DNA of 53,265 nt from Bradyrhizobium sp. (GTDB lineage: Bacteria; Pseudomonadota; Alphaproteobacteria; Rhizobiales; Xanthobacteraceae): assembly GCA_036383375.1 (NCBI GenBank), contig DASVOL010000494.1, positions 1-53,265 on the forward strand, read 5' to 3'. The notes below the pieces were generated by a model. That model was not told the origin of the DNA, searched no databases, and saw only the letters and a list, made by a program, of their open reading frames with translations. Shown one piece after another: positions 35,248 to 43,597 of this stretch. Made by a program: the position numbers and the translations under genes. Position 1 is the first letter of the stretch, and each line of letters starts with the position of its first letter.

Positions 35248-36327
35248 TTGAAAACCCTTCGCCAGCTCGTAGCCGGAGACGAGTTCATCCAGCTCGCAAT
35301 TCGCCTCGGGTTGCTGGCGCTGCTGATCTACTGGTCGTTTGTCCTGGTCCGCCCGTTCGTGCCGGTCCTGGCCTGGAGTGTGGTGCTCGCGGTCGCGCTC
35401 TATCCCGTCTTCACCTGGCTCACGGGGATACTCGGCGGCCGCGCGAGCATCGCGGCTCTCGTTCTGACCCTGGTCGCACTGGGAGTCGTCATCGGACCGG
35501 CGGCCTGGCTCGGCATCGGGGCGGTGGACGGGGTGAGGGATCTGGCCGGACAATTGAGCGCCGGGAACGTTGTCGTGCCGGCGCCGGTGCCGGAGATCAA
35601 GGATTGGCCGCTGATCGGCGCCCCGCTCTACGACCTGTGGGATCGGGCCTCGACCAATCTGAGTGTCGTGCTGCGCGAGGTCGTGCCGCATCTGAAGCCG
35701 CTCGCCGGGATCTTGTTTGCGTTTGCGAGCAATGCCGGGGTCGGGATGCTGAAATTCCTGCTCGCCGTTGTCCTGGCGGGGTTTCTGTTTCCCTATGGCT
35801 CGCAGCTTGCCGCGGCGTGCCGGAGCTTCCTGTCCCGCATCGTGCCGGAGCAGAGCGAGCACTTCCTCGACCTAGCCGGCGCAACCATTCGGGCGGTGTC
35901 CCAGGGCGTCATCGGCGTCGCCGTCCTGCAATCGCTGCTGGCCGGGGTCGGCTTCAAGCTGGCGGGGATTCCGAGTGCGGGCCTGTTGGCGTTTGCCGTG
36001 CTGATGCTGGCGATCATGCAGATCGGGGCGGCAATCGTGCTGTTTCCGGTCATCATCTGGCTCTGGTCGACCAAGGACCTGGCGACGGCGCTTGCCTTCA
36101 CGTTGTTCTTCCTGGTCGTCGGGGTCCTCGACAACGTGCTGAAGCCGCTGGTCATGGGGCGGGGCCTGACCACGCCGGCGCTCGTCATCTTCGTCGGCGT
36201 GATCGGCGGGACGCTTGCGCACGGCATCGTGGGCCTGTTCATCGGCCCGATCATTCTCGCGGTCGCCTGGGAACTGGTCACGGCATGGATCCGGGACGAC
36301 CGCGCCCGGCTGGCAGGACAGCGGTGA
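35248..36327 (+). CDS. AI-2E family transporter (YdiK-like)
   Basis: DNVLKPLVMGRG, GVIGG...GLFIGPIILA; TTG start. Confidence 0.9.
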   Translation: MKTLRQLVAGDEFIQLAIRLGLLALLIYWSFVLVRPFVPVLAWSVVLAVALYPVFTWLTGILGGRASIAALVLTLVALGVVIGPAAWLGIGAVDGVRDLAGQLSAGNVVVPAPVPEIKDWPLIGAPLYDLWDRASTNLSVVLREVVPHLKPLAGILFAFASNAGVGMLKFLLAVVLAGFLFPYGSQLAAACRSFLSRIVPEQSEHFLDLAGATIRAVSQGVIGVAVLQSLLAGVGFKLAGIPSAGLLAFAVLMLAIMQIGAAIVLFPVIIWLWSTKDLATALAFTLFFLVVGVLDNVLKPLVMGRGLTTPALVIFVGVIGGTLAHGIVGLFIGPIILAVAWELVTAWIRDDRARLAGQR

Positions 36328-36764
36328 TGCTATATCAACTCATCGTTGGATCGGCGGTGAGTGCGATCAATATCGTGCTCCATTCGCTGTTCACCGTCGG
36401 GGTGATCGGACTGCTGCGGAAGGTCACCCTGAGCGCCACCGGCCGGTTTGAGCTACAGCTCAGCGGCGTGATGGTGGCGGCCGCGCTGATCCTGATGGTG
36501 GCGCATACGTTGGAGATCGTGGTGTGGTCGCTGGCCTATCTCGCGGCCGGTGCAGCACCTGCCGGCAGCGATCTGCTCTATTTCGCCTTCGTGAACTACA
36601 CGACGCTTGGCTACGGCGACGTCATTCCGGTCAAGGAGTGGCAGCTGATCGGACCGATGGCGGCCATGAACGGCATTCTGATGTTCGGCTGGTCCACGGC
36701 AGTCTTGTTCGAGGTGCTGCAAAAGACCATCGAGCGCCAGACGGCGCTCGTGAAATCCCCGTAA
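36327..36764 (+). CDS. Small potassium channel family protein (Ion_trans_2)
   Basis: Selectivity filter TTLGYGD; ATG overlaps upstream TGA (TGATG); 145 aa. Confidence 0.85.
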   Translation: MLYQLIVGSAVSAINIVLHSLFTVGVIGLLRKVTLSATGRFELQLSGVMVAAALILMVAHTLEIVVWSLAYLAAGAAPAGSDLLYFAFVNYTTLGYGDVIPVKEWQLIGPMAAMNGILMFGWSTAVLFEVLQKTIERQTALVKSP

Positions 36765-36772
36765 ACTCGCAG

Positions 36773-37441
36773 TCAGTTGTCCAGCCTGGACAGCTGTTCG
36801 CGGTCTACCAGCATGATTTCGCGCTGGTTCGAGCCGAGGAAGTTGAGCGCTCCGTAAGCGTGCAGCTTGGAGAGCGCGCGCGATACCGTCTCCAGGGTCA
36901 GCCCGAGATAGTCGGCGATATCGCGTCGGCACATCGGTAGGGCGACGACGTCTACTCCAGTCAGCCGGCGATCCATTTCGAGCAAGAATGCTGCAACCCG
37001 CTCCAACGCGGTCTTGCGGCCGAGCAGCAGCATATGATCCTCGGCATGCTGCAGGTTGCTCGTGGTCATGCTCAGCAGGTTGCGGGACAGGGCGGAATCC
37101 GAATGGGCCACCCGTTCGAGGCTCATCCGCTTGATCAGGCGCACATTCGTGTCGATCACAGCTTCGGCGGTAAAGCGATGGAATTCGGTGTTCTCAAGGC
37201 CGAAAATGTCTCCGACGAGATGAAAGGCGCCAATCTGGCGCCGTCCGTCGGAGAGGAGCTTGTAGCTGCGGACGGCCCCCGAGACGACCTGGTAGACGTA
37301 CTCCGCAGGCTCCTTCTCGCCGTAGATCTCGGCGCCCTTTCTGTAGTGGAATTCGCTGGTGATGAAGTTGGCGTGCCGGGCGGTCAGCCCACCGAGGATG
37401 TTAGGTCCATTGGCTGGTCTGACATTGACGTGAGCGAACAT
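36773..37441 (-). CDS. fixK: Crp/Fnr-family regulator, FixK2-like
   Basis: SDGRRQIGAFH, LPMCRRDIADYLGLTLETVSR; no FNR Fe-S cysteine cluster. Confidence 0.88.
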   Translation of the reverse strand: MFAHVNVRPANGPNILGGLTARHANFITSEFHYRKGAEIYGEKEPAEYVYQVVSGAVRSYKLLSDGRRQIGAFHLVGDIFGLENTEFHRFTAEAVIDTNVRLIKRMSLERVAHSDSALSRNLLSMTTSNLQHAEDHMLLLGRKTALERVAAFLLEMDRRLTGVDVVALPMCRRDIADYLGLTLETVSRALSKLHAYGALNFLGSNQREIMLVDREQLSRLDN

Positions 37442-37684
37442 GGACCAACTCACTCTGTAATGAACTTGCGGCGTCTGCGTTTCGAAATGCCTGTCCGCAC
37501 GCAGATGACTACGACAGGGCTCGATCAGCCTCTATTGGTCCTGAGGTCATTGTCCCAAAGGACAGGGCGCGGAAATGCGGCGATTTGTTCGTAAATGGTG
37601 CGGAAGTCTTCGAGGAAAATTCAATTCTCTCGACGATAACGGGGTGCTAGGTTTTGAACCCGTTGATCTCCGGCTCCGAGCGCT

Positions 37685-38668
37685 ATGGGCAAGCCAATTC
37701 GGTTCTCTGGACTGATCATCCTGCTGGCTATCTTGCTTTCTCCGCCTGGTCTCCGGGCGCAAGAGATGCGTCCGCATTCGATGCTGGTGCTGGACCAGTC
37801 CGAAGGCAGCGAAAGTCGCCTCCGTGAGCCGAGTTTTATTGAAAGGTACCGCTGGCGGGCGATCGCGCTCGCCGCTGCAATACTAGCCCAGACCTTGCTC
37901 ATCGCGTTCCTGCTGCACGAGCGGCACATGCGGCGGAAGGCCGAGGTCGAAGCTCGCAATCAGTTGTCCCAGCTTGCCCACGTCAATCGGCAGGCGACCG
38001 CCGGAGAGCTGTCGTCCTCCATTGCCCATGAGCTCAACCAGCCGCTTGGCTCGATCCTGACCAATGCCGAGACCGCGGAACTGATCCTGGATTCGCCGAC
38101 GCCCGACCTTCAGGAGGTCCGGGAGATCATTTCCGACATCAAGCGCGATGATCTGCGCGCGAGCGAGGTGATCCGTCGGATGCGCAGTCTGCTGAAACGT
38201 GCGCCATTTGAGAAGAAAGAGATCGATCTCAATCAGACCATGCGGGAAGCGTTCGATTTCCTCAAGCTGCAGGCCTCGGCGCGCAACGTCGCGATCTACC
38301 TGCAGACCTCACCGGAGACCTTGCGGGTGACGGGTGACCCGGTTCAGTTGCAGCAGGTCATTCTCAACCTCGTGGTCAATAGCATGGACGCGATGGCCAA
38401 GATGCCCTACGGGCGAACGATCATCGGCCGTACCGAGGTCAACGGCGACGCGCTGGCGATGATTTCCATCTGCGATTCAGGTCCGGGAATTCCCCAAGAC
38501 AGGCTGAACGATATCTTCGATCCGTTCTTCACCACGAAGGAGCAGGGCATGGGCATTGGCCTGTCCATCGCACGGACCATCGTTCTGGCGCATAGCGGTC
38601 AGATCTGGGCCGAAAACCAGTCCGGCGGCGGAGCGGTGTTTCATCTTTCATTGCCGCTCGCGGCATAG
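37685..38668 (+). CDS. Sensor histidine kinase (NodV/FixL-type HisKA) with almost no extracellular input domain
   Basis: Signal peptide, ~30-aa linker, TM, IAHELNQPL, QQVILNLVVNSMDA, DSGPGI, FFTTK, GMGIGLSI. Confidence 0.88.
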   Translation: MGKPIRFSGLIILLAILLSPPGLRAQEMRPHSMLVLDQSEGSESRLREPSFIERYRWRAIALAAAILAQTLLIAFLLHERHMRRKAEVEARNQLSQLAHVNRQATAGELSSSIAHELNQPLGSILTNAETAELILDSPTPDLQEVREIISDIKRDDLRASEVIRRMRSLLKRAPFEKKEIDLNQTMREAFDFLKLQASARNVAIYLQTSPETLRVTGDPVQLQQVILNLVVNSMDAMAKMPYGRTIIGRTEVNGDALAMISICDSGPGIPQDRLNDIFDPFFTTKEQGMGIGLSIARTIVLAHSGQIWAENQSGGGAVFHLSLPLAA

Positions 38669-38750
38669 CTCGTTTGGGGTCTTTTCTTGGCAGGAGGCCG
38701 TGATAATACGAATGCAGGATCTCGCTGTCGATCGCGCAGGAGAGGGCGTC

Positions 38751-39428
38751 ATGCACGCTTACGTGCATATCGTCGATGACGATGCCTCGTTTCGTACAGC
38801 ACTTGAGCGCAGGCTCAAGCTCGCGGGCTATCGTGTTCTGACGTATGCGTCGGCCGGGCAACTGCTCGATCGATTGCCCGGCGACGAAGAGGCCGGCTGT
38901 ATCCTGTTGGACGTGCGCATTCCCGGAATGAGTGGTCCCGAGCTGCAGGGCCGTCTGAACGAGCTGCAATCCACGCTCCCGATCGTATTTCTCACCGGAC
39001 ATGCCGACACCGCGACGACCGTCCAGGCTATCAAGGCGGGAGCCGAGGATTTCCTGACCAAGCCGATCGCGTCAGACCAGCTGATCGAGGCGATCGAGCG
39101 CGCCGTTGCGCGCCACGAGCTGGCCCGTAGCCAGCGAGCCAGGTTGGACTCACTCCGCGCGCTGCTGGCAAGGTTGACCCCACGCGAGCGACAGGTGTTC
39201 GATCTGATCGTGTGCGGCCGGATCAACAAGCAGGTTGCCTATGAGCTCGGCACGACGGAACGCACGATCAAGGCGCATCGTCACCAGGTCATGGAGAAGA
39301 TGCAGGTGCAGTCACTGGCCGAGCTGGTCTCGATCGCGGAGCGGCTCGGCACGCGCCGACCTGGCGGCGAGGTCGGGGGTGACCCGCTGCAGCCGCCTGT
39401 CCCAAGGTACAATATGAAAACCATGTGA
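38751..39428 (+). CDS. FixJ/NodW-like response regulator (REC + LuxR HTH)
   Basis: VHIVDDD, CILLDV, FLTGH, LTPRERQV, NKQVAYELG, TIKAHR. Confidence 0.92.
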   Translation: MHAYVHIVDDDASFRTALERRLKLAGYRVLTYASAGQLLDRLPGDEEAGCILLDVRIPGMSGPELQGRLNELQSTLPIVFLTGHADTATTVQAIKAGAEDFLTKPIASDQLIEAIERAVARHELARSQRARLDSLRALLARLTPRERQVFDLIVCGRINKQVAYELGTTERTIKAHRHQVMEKMQVQSLAELVSIAERLGTRRPGGEVGGDPLQPPVPRYNMKTM

Positions 39429-39559
39429 CGGCGGATATCTCCGGTATTGGCCGCGGCGATGTCGCGTGCCGGAGAGATCCCGATGCGCCCGTCGTCCAGG
39501 TGCCGACGTTGGGCAGAAAATCGGGCTTTTGATTCAACAACGGGTGAAGGCCTTCGGAT

Positions 39560-39934
39560 TTGCCGACCGCGAAATTTGTCTTCGTCGTGGATGATAATCC
39601 CTCCATGCTCCGTGGCATCGGGCGGCTGCTCAGGGAATACGGATTCGCATCCAGATTGTTCGAGACCGGAAGCGCTCTGCTAAGGCATGGCAGCTTCGAC
39701 AGCGCGCTGTGCCTCATCCTGGATATCAATCTCAGCGACGGTTCCGGCATTGAACTGCGTCACCAACTGACGGATCGGGGCGTCGACGTCCCGGTTATCT
39801 ACATTACCGGGAATGACAACCCGGCGACGCGCATGGCGGCGATGGCATCGGGATGCGTGGCCTATCTGACCAAGCCATTCACGGCGAATTCATTGATGCA
39901 GCCGATCGAGCGGCTGCTGGCCGGCGTGGTCTAG
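39560..39934 (+). CDS. Single-domain response regulator
   Basis: VVDDN, CLILDI, YITG, YLTKPF; TTG start. Confidence 0.88.
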   Translation: MPTAKFVFVVDDNPSMLRGIGRLLREYGFASRLFETGSALLRHGSFDSALCLILDINLSDGSGIELRHQLTDRGVDVPVIYITGNDNPATRMAAMASGCVAYLTKPFTANSLMQPIERLLAGVV

Positions 39935-40037
39935 AGCATCTTCGGTTCTGATTGAATCAGAACCGAAGCTCTAGATTCTTGTTTTGGCGCGTTTTCTTCA
40001 CGCGAACCGGCGTCCACTTCGCTCGAAAACGCTCTAG
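39931..40037. repeat. CTAG-bounded palindromic intergenic element (MITE/RIME-like)
   Basis: Ends CTAGAGC...GCTCTAG; internal hairpin CTTCGGTTCTGATT-G-AATCAGAACCGAAG; third CTAG at 39971. Confidence 0.7.
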
Positions 40038-40053
40038 TGGCTGGGAGCCTCAA

Positions 40054-40644
40054 TCATTCGTCGATGGCTTGATCGAGTGTCAGCGCGGGTGCTCCCTTGC
40101 GCACGGTCGCAAAACGGTCGAGCGGCACCGATGTCGTCACCGTCAGAATGCTGGTGTCGACCACCTCTATCGAGAGCGCCTTTCCACCGTCCATTTCCCC
40201 GAGCAGCTTGGGATCGGCAACATCGGCGGCGATGCACATGTTGGTCACGCACCAGGTATAGGGCAGGCGATGGACCTCTTGCTGGTCGACCGACAGCTTG
40301 ACCGCTGCCTGCAGGTACATCCCGACCGGCAGAAATAGCTGGAGGCGGGCGGTGCCGTCTTCGCGCTCGATCAGATCGATGCGAACGGCTGTCTGGCCGG
40401 TCCCGAAGGTGCCGGTGATCGTCGTCCGGCACAATGTCTTTGCGCCGGCAGCTTTGAAACAAAGCTTGCGCCAATCGCCGAATTTGACGTCCCGCGCCGC
40501 GCGTGCGCCCCGCGAGGTGACCTCGGCGCCGTCCTTGACCGCAGCGGGCGGCGAGGGCGTCTGTTGACTGTGCGCAGCACCGATGCTGACCGCGAACAGC
40601 GCCAACGCTACCAACGCACGATACAAGGCACCAGATCGGTCCAT
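40054..40644 (-). CDS. Invasion-associated locus B (IalB) family protein
   Basis: Signal peptide, FGDWRKLC, LPVGMYL, YTWCVTNMC. Confidence 0.8.
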   Translation of the reverse strand: MDRSGALYRALVALALFAVSIGAAHSQQTPSPPAAVKDGAEVTSRGARAARDVKFGDWRKLCFKAAGAKTLCRTTITGTFGTGQTAVRIDLIEREDGTARLQLFLPVGMYLQAAVKLSVDQQEVHRLPYTWCVTNMCIAADVADPKLLGEMDGGKALSIEVVDTSILTVTTSVPLDRFATVRKGAPALTLDQAIDE

Positions 40645-40669
40645 GGATGCTCCTCCAGCGAGATTGCGC

Positions 40670-41557
40670 TTAGCGCACCGTGTCCAGAAACCGTTCGACC
40701 AGTGGCGACCAGATCGGTATCGAATCGGGAGAGCCGATCAGGAAATGACCTTCGTTGCCGAACGGCGGCAACAGATGGTACTCGGCCCGGCCGCCCGCGC
40801 GCGTGAAGGCCTCGTGCATTCGCTTTGACAGGGCTGGACCGAAGTATGTGTCGTTCTCGATGTAGAGCCACAGCATGGGCACCCGTGAGGTATGGCCAAA
40901 GAAGCCGGTCGCTTCGACCAGTTTATCGGGATTGCAATTGTTGTTGGGCTTGCCATCGACCCGGCCGCCGCGGCCTCCCGCAAAGGCGATGATGGCTTTG
41001 ACCTGCGGAGGGTTGAGGCTCGACAGCGCGATCGCCGCCCAGCCGCCAGCCGACTGCCCGACGACGATGACGTCTTTCGGCACGATGCGCTTTTCGGCTG
41101 CCATGTAGTCGATGATCCAGAGATCGACCTGCGCGACAGCGAGACCCGGATCGATGAAATTCGGATTGGTGCATTTCCCGACCTTGGAGAAGAACGGGCC
41201 GTAGAGACCGCGCTCGGGAATATCGATCGCCGCCGCGCCATAGCCGGTACCGACCGGTGCGACCACGAGATAGCCGCGCCGCGCAAACCACATGGCGGCG
41301 TCGCGAAATTCCACCAGCGGGAAGAAGCTGCGATCCCTGGCGTTCAGCGACACACCATGATTCATGATGACCAGCGGGAAGGGACCGTCGCCCACGGGGC
41401 GGACCAGGTAAGCGAACATTGGTAGCGGCAGCGGCAATGCCCAGATCTCTTCCTGGATGCGCTGGGATGTGCCTTGATCATCGGTGCGTGCGGGAGCGAT
41501 CAGGCCGAGCAACAGAAGGGTTGCGGCAGCGAGGGTCCGTAAGCGGTGCTGACGCAT
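40670..41557 (-). CDS. Secreted alpha/beta hydrolase (dienelactone hydrolase-like)
   Basis: Signal peptide, GPFPLVIMNHG, GQSAGG, ENDTYF, GH. Confidence 0.85.
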   Translation of the reverse strand: MRQHRLRTLAAATLLLLGLIAPARTDDQGTSQRIQEEIWALPLPLPMFAYLVRPVGDGPFPLVIMNHGVSLNARDRSFFPLVEFRDAAMWFARRGYLVVAPVGTGYGAAAIDIPERGLYGPFFSKVGKCTNPNFIDPGLAVAQVDLWIIDYMAAEKRIVPKDVIVVGQSAGGWAAIALSSLNPPQVKAIIAFAGGRGGRVDGKPNNNCNPDKLVEATGFFGHTSRVPMLWLYIENDTYFGPALSKRMHEAFTRAGGRAEYHLLPPFGNEGHFLIGSPDSIPIWSPLVERFLDTVR

Positions 41558-41643
41558 GCCATGCGCTCCAGCGGTCGTCCGGCAAATGTGCAGGTCAAGA
41601 TGATCGAGCCGAGCAAGGTAAGAAGCATTGCGGGCAGCGAGGC

Positions 41644-41657
41644 TTGATCTGGGTCAA
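41644..41657. promoter_or_regulatory. FixK/FNR box
   Basis: TTGATCTGGGTCAA between divergent hydrolase and SulP genes. Confidence 0.75.
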
Positions 41658-41736
41658 CGAGCATCGCGTCCGCCGGCGCAACCACATGCAGCCATTGCGG
41701 CTTCATACGGCGGTCTTGATGTCGATCCGGGGAGAC

Positions 41737-43413
41737 ATGAGTTGGATGCGCCGGTTTCCGCCAGCGATCTGGCTTGCCGATTACCGCGCCTCCTGGCTTG
41801 GCGCGGACGCAATCGCCGGGGTCACGCTGGCGGCCTACGCCATACCGGTGTCGCTGGCCTATGCGGGCCTCGCCGGCCTGCCGCCGCAGATCGGCGTCTA
41901 CGGCTACCTGCTTGGCGGCATGGGCTACGCCCTGCTGGGCTCCTCCCGGCAACTCGCGGTCGGGCCGACCTCGGCGATCTCGCTGATGATCGCCGGTGCC
42001 GTCGGCATATTGGCCGGCGGCGATGCCACGCGTTACGGACAGATCGTCAGTCTCGTTGCCTTCAGCGTCGCAGTGCTCTGCCTGATTGCGTGGCTGTTCA
42101 AGCTCAGCCTGCTGGTGCGACTGATCAGCGATAGCATTCTGGTGGGCTTCAAGGCCGGAGCAGGGCTCACCATCATCATGAGCCAGCTGCCGAGCTTGTT
42201 CGGCGTCGCTGGCGGCGGCCACAATTTTTTCGACCGCGCGATCAAGCTTGCCGGCCAGCTCGGCGATACCAGGCCGCTGGTGCTCGGCATCGGTGTGGCT
42301 GCGACCGTGCTGCTATTGCTCGGCGAGCGCAGGCTGCCCGGCAAGCCCGTTGGGCTGGCGGTGGTCGCGCTGTCGATCCTGACCGTCTCCGTGCTCGGGC
42401 TTGCGGAAATGGGATTGCCGGTGACCGGAAAGATCCCAACCGGATTGCCGGCCCTTGCTCTGCCGACGTTTGGCCTGCTCGAATTTGACGATCTCTTTCC
42501 CATTGCCGCCGGGTGCCTGGTGCTGGCCTATGTGGAAGGCGTATCCGCCGCGCGAAGCTTTGCGGCAAAGCACGGCTACCCGCTGGATGTCCGGCAGGAG
42601 TTCTTGGGACTCGGTGCGGCCAATCTCGCGGCAGCCCTTGGGCACGGCTATCCCGTTGCGGGCGGCCTGTCGCAGTCGGCCGTCAATGACGCCGCCGGCG
42701 CGCGAACGCCGCTGGCGCTGGTGTTTTGCTCCGTGACCCTCGCACTCTGCCTGCTGTTCTTCACCGGTCCGCTGACCAATCTGCCGAAGACCGTGCTTGC
42801 CGCGATCGTCTTTTCGGCCGTCTACAAACTGGTCGATATTCCCGCGCTCGCCAGAATGTGGCGGATCAGCCGGATCGATTTCTATGCCGCGCTCATCGCG
42901 CTGGTATCCGTGCTGTTCCTCGGAATCCTGCAGGGTGTGTTGCTGGCCGCTGTCGCCACCATCTTCCTGCTGCTGTTGCGCGCGTCCCAGCCGAATATCG
43001 CGTTTCTCGGCCGTCTGCCTGGCAGCGGCCGTTATTCCGACCGGGCGCGGCACGACGACGTGGAGCCCTTGGCCGGGATCATCGCGTTTCGCCCGGAAAC
43101 CTCTCTACTTTATGTCAATGCCGAGACGATCTTCGAGACGGTATTGGCGGCGCTTCGGACGTCCCCCGACGTCAAGCTGGTGGCCTGTGACCTGTCGGCC
43201 TCGCCATTCATCGACCTGGCGGGGTCGCGCATGCTCCACGATCTTCACCAGGAACTCGCATCGCGCGGAATCACGTTTCGCATCGTCGGGGCGCACGCGC
43301 AGTTGCGCGACCTGCTTCAGGCGGATGGCCTTGCCGACAAGACCGATCGTGGAGACTGGATGCGCACGCTTGACAGCGTGTTGGACAACAGGAAACCGCC
43401 GGCAAACACCTAG
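41737..43413 (+). CDS. SulP (SLC26) family anion transporter with STAS domain
   Basis: DAIAGVT, PVSLAYA.LAG, GSSRQLAVGPT, STAS DLSASPFID; GGAGA RBS. Confidence 0.92.
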   Translation: MSWMRRFPPAIWLADYRASWLGADAIAGVTLAAYAIPVSLAYAGLAGLPPQIGVYGYLLGGMGYALLGSSRQLAVGPTSAISLMIAGAVGILAGGDATRYGQIVSLVAFSVAVLCLIAWLFKLSLLVRLISDSILVGFKAGAGLTIIMSQLPSLFGVAGGGHNFFDRAIKLAGQLGDTRPLVLGIGVAATVLLLLGERRLPGKPVGLAVVALSILTVSVLGLAEMGLPVTGKIPTGLPALALPTFGLLEFDDLFPIAAGCLVLAYVEGVSAARSFAAKHGYPLDVRQEFLGLGAANLAAALGHGYPVAGGLSQSAVNDAAGARTPLALVFCSVTLALCLLFFTGPLTNLPKTVLAAIVFSAVYKLVDIPALARMWRISRIDFYAALIALVSVLFLGILQGVLLAAVATIFLLLLRASQPNIAFLGRLPGSGRYSDRARHDDVEPLAGIIAFRPETSLLYVNAETIFETVLAALRTSPDVKLVACDLSASPFIDLAGSRMLHDLHQELASRGITFRIVGAHAQLRDLLQADGLADKTDRGDWMRTLDSVLDNRKPPANT

Positions 43414-43514
43414 CGTGTCGACCGAGCGGATCGCCCCCGACACACAAGCCCTGTCGCATCGCAAGGCGTGGCGCCTATCGGCAGCTGTGAGACGCGTCTC
43501 AATCCGGCGTCGGC

Positions 43515-43528
43515 TTGACTTGGATCAA
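43515..43528. promoter_or_regulatory. FixK/FNR box
   Basis: TTGACTTGGATCAA, 70 nt upstream of decarboxylase ATG. Confidence 0.78.
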
Positions 43529-43597
43529 GGGAGCGGTGGGCCTGGTTCCTACGATCGGACAGAACCAGCGCCAGGATCACGAGAGCAGGAGTCATTC

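Noticed and set aside
35166-36326. 532-aa ORF fusing a long N-terminus to the K+ channel
   Set aside because: Off-frame overlap with AI-2E gene; real start is the coupled ATG at 36327.
42797-43597. 1183-aa decarboxylase with extended N-terminus
   Set aside because: Extension overlaps SulP in another frame and spans a FixK box; RBS supports ATG 43598.
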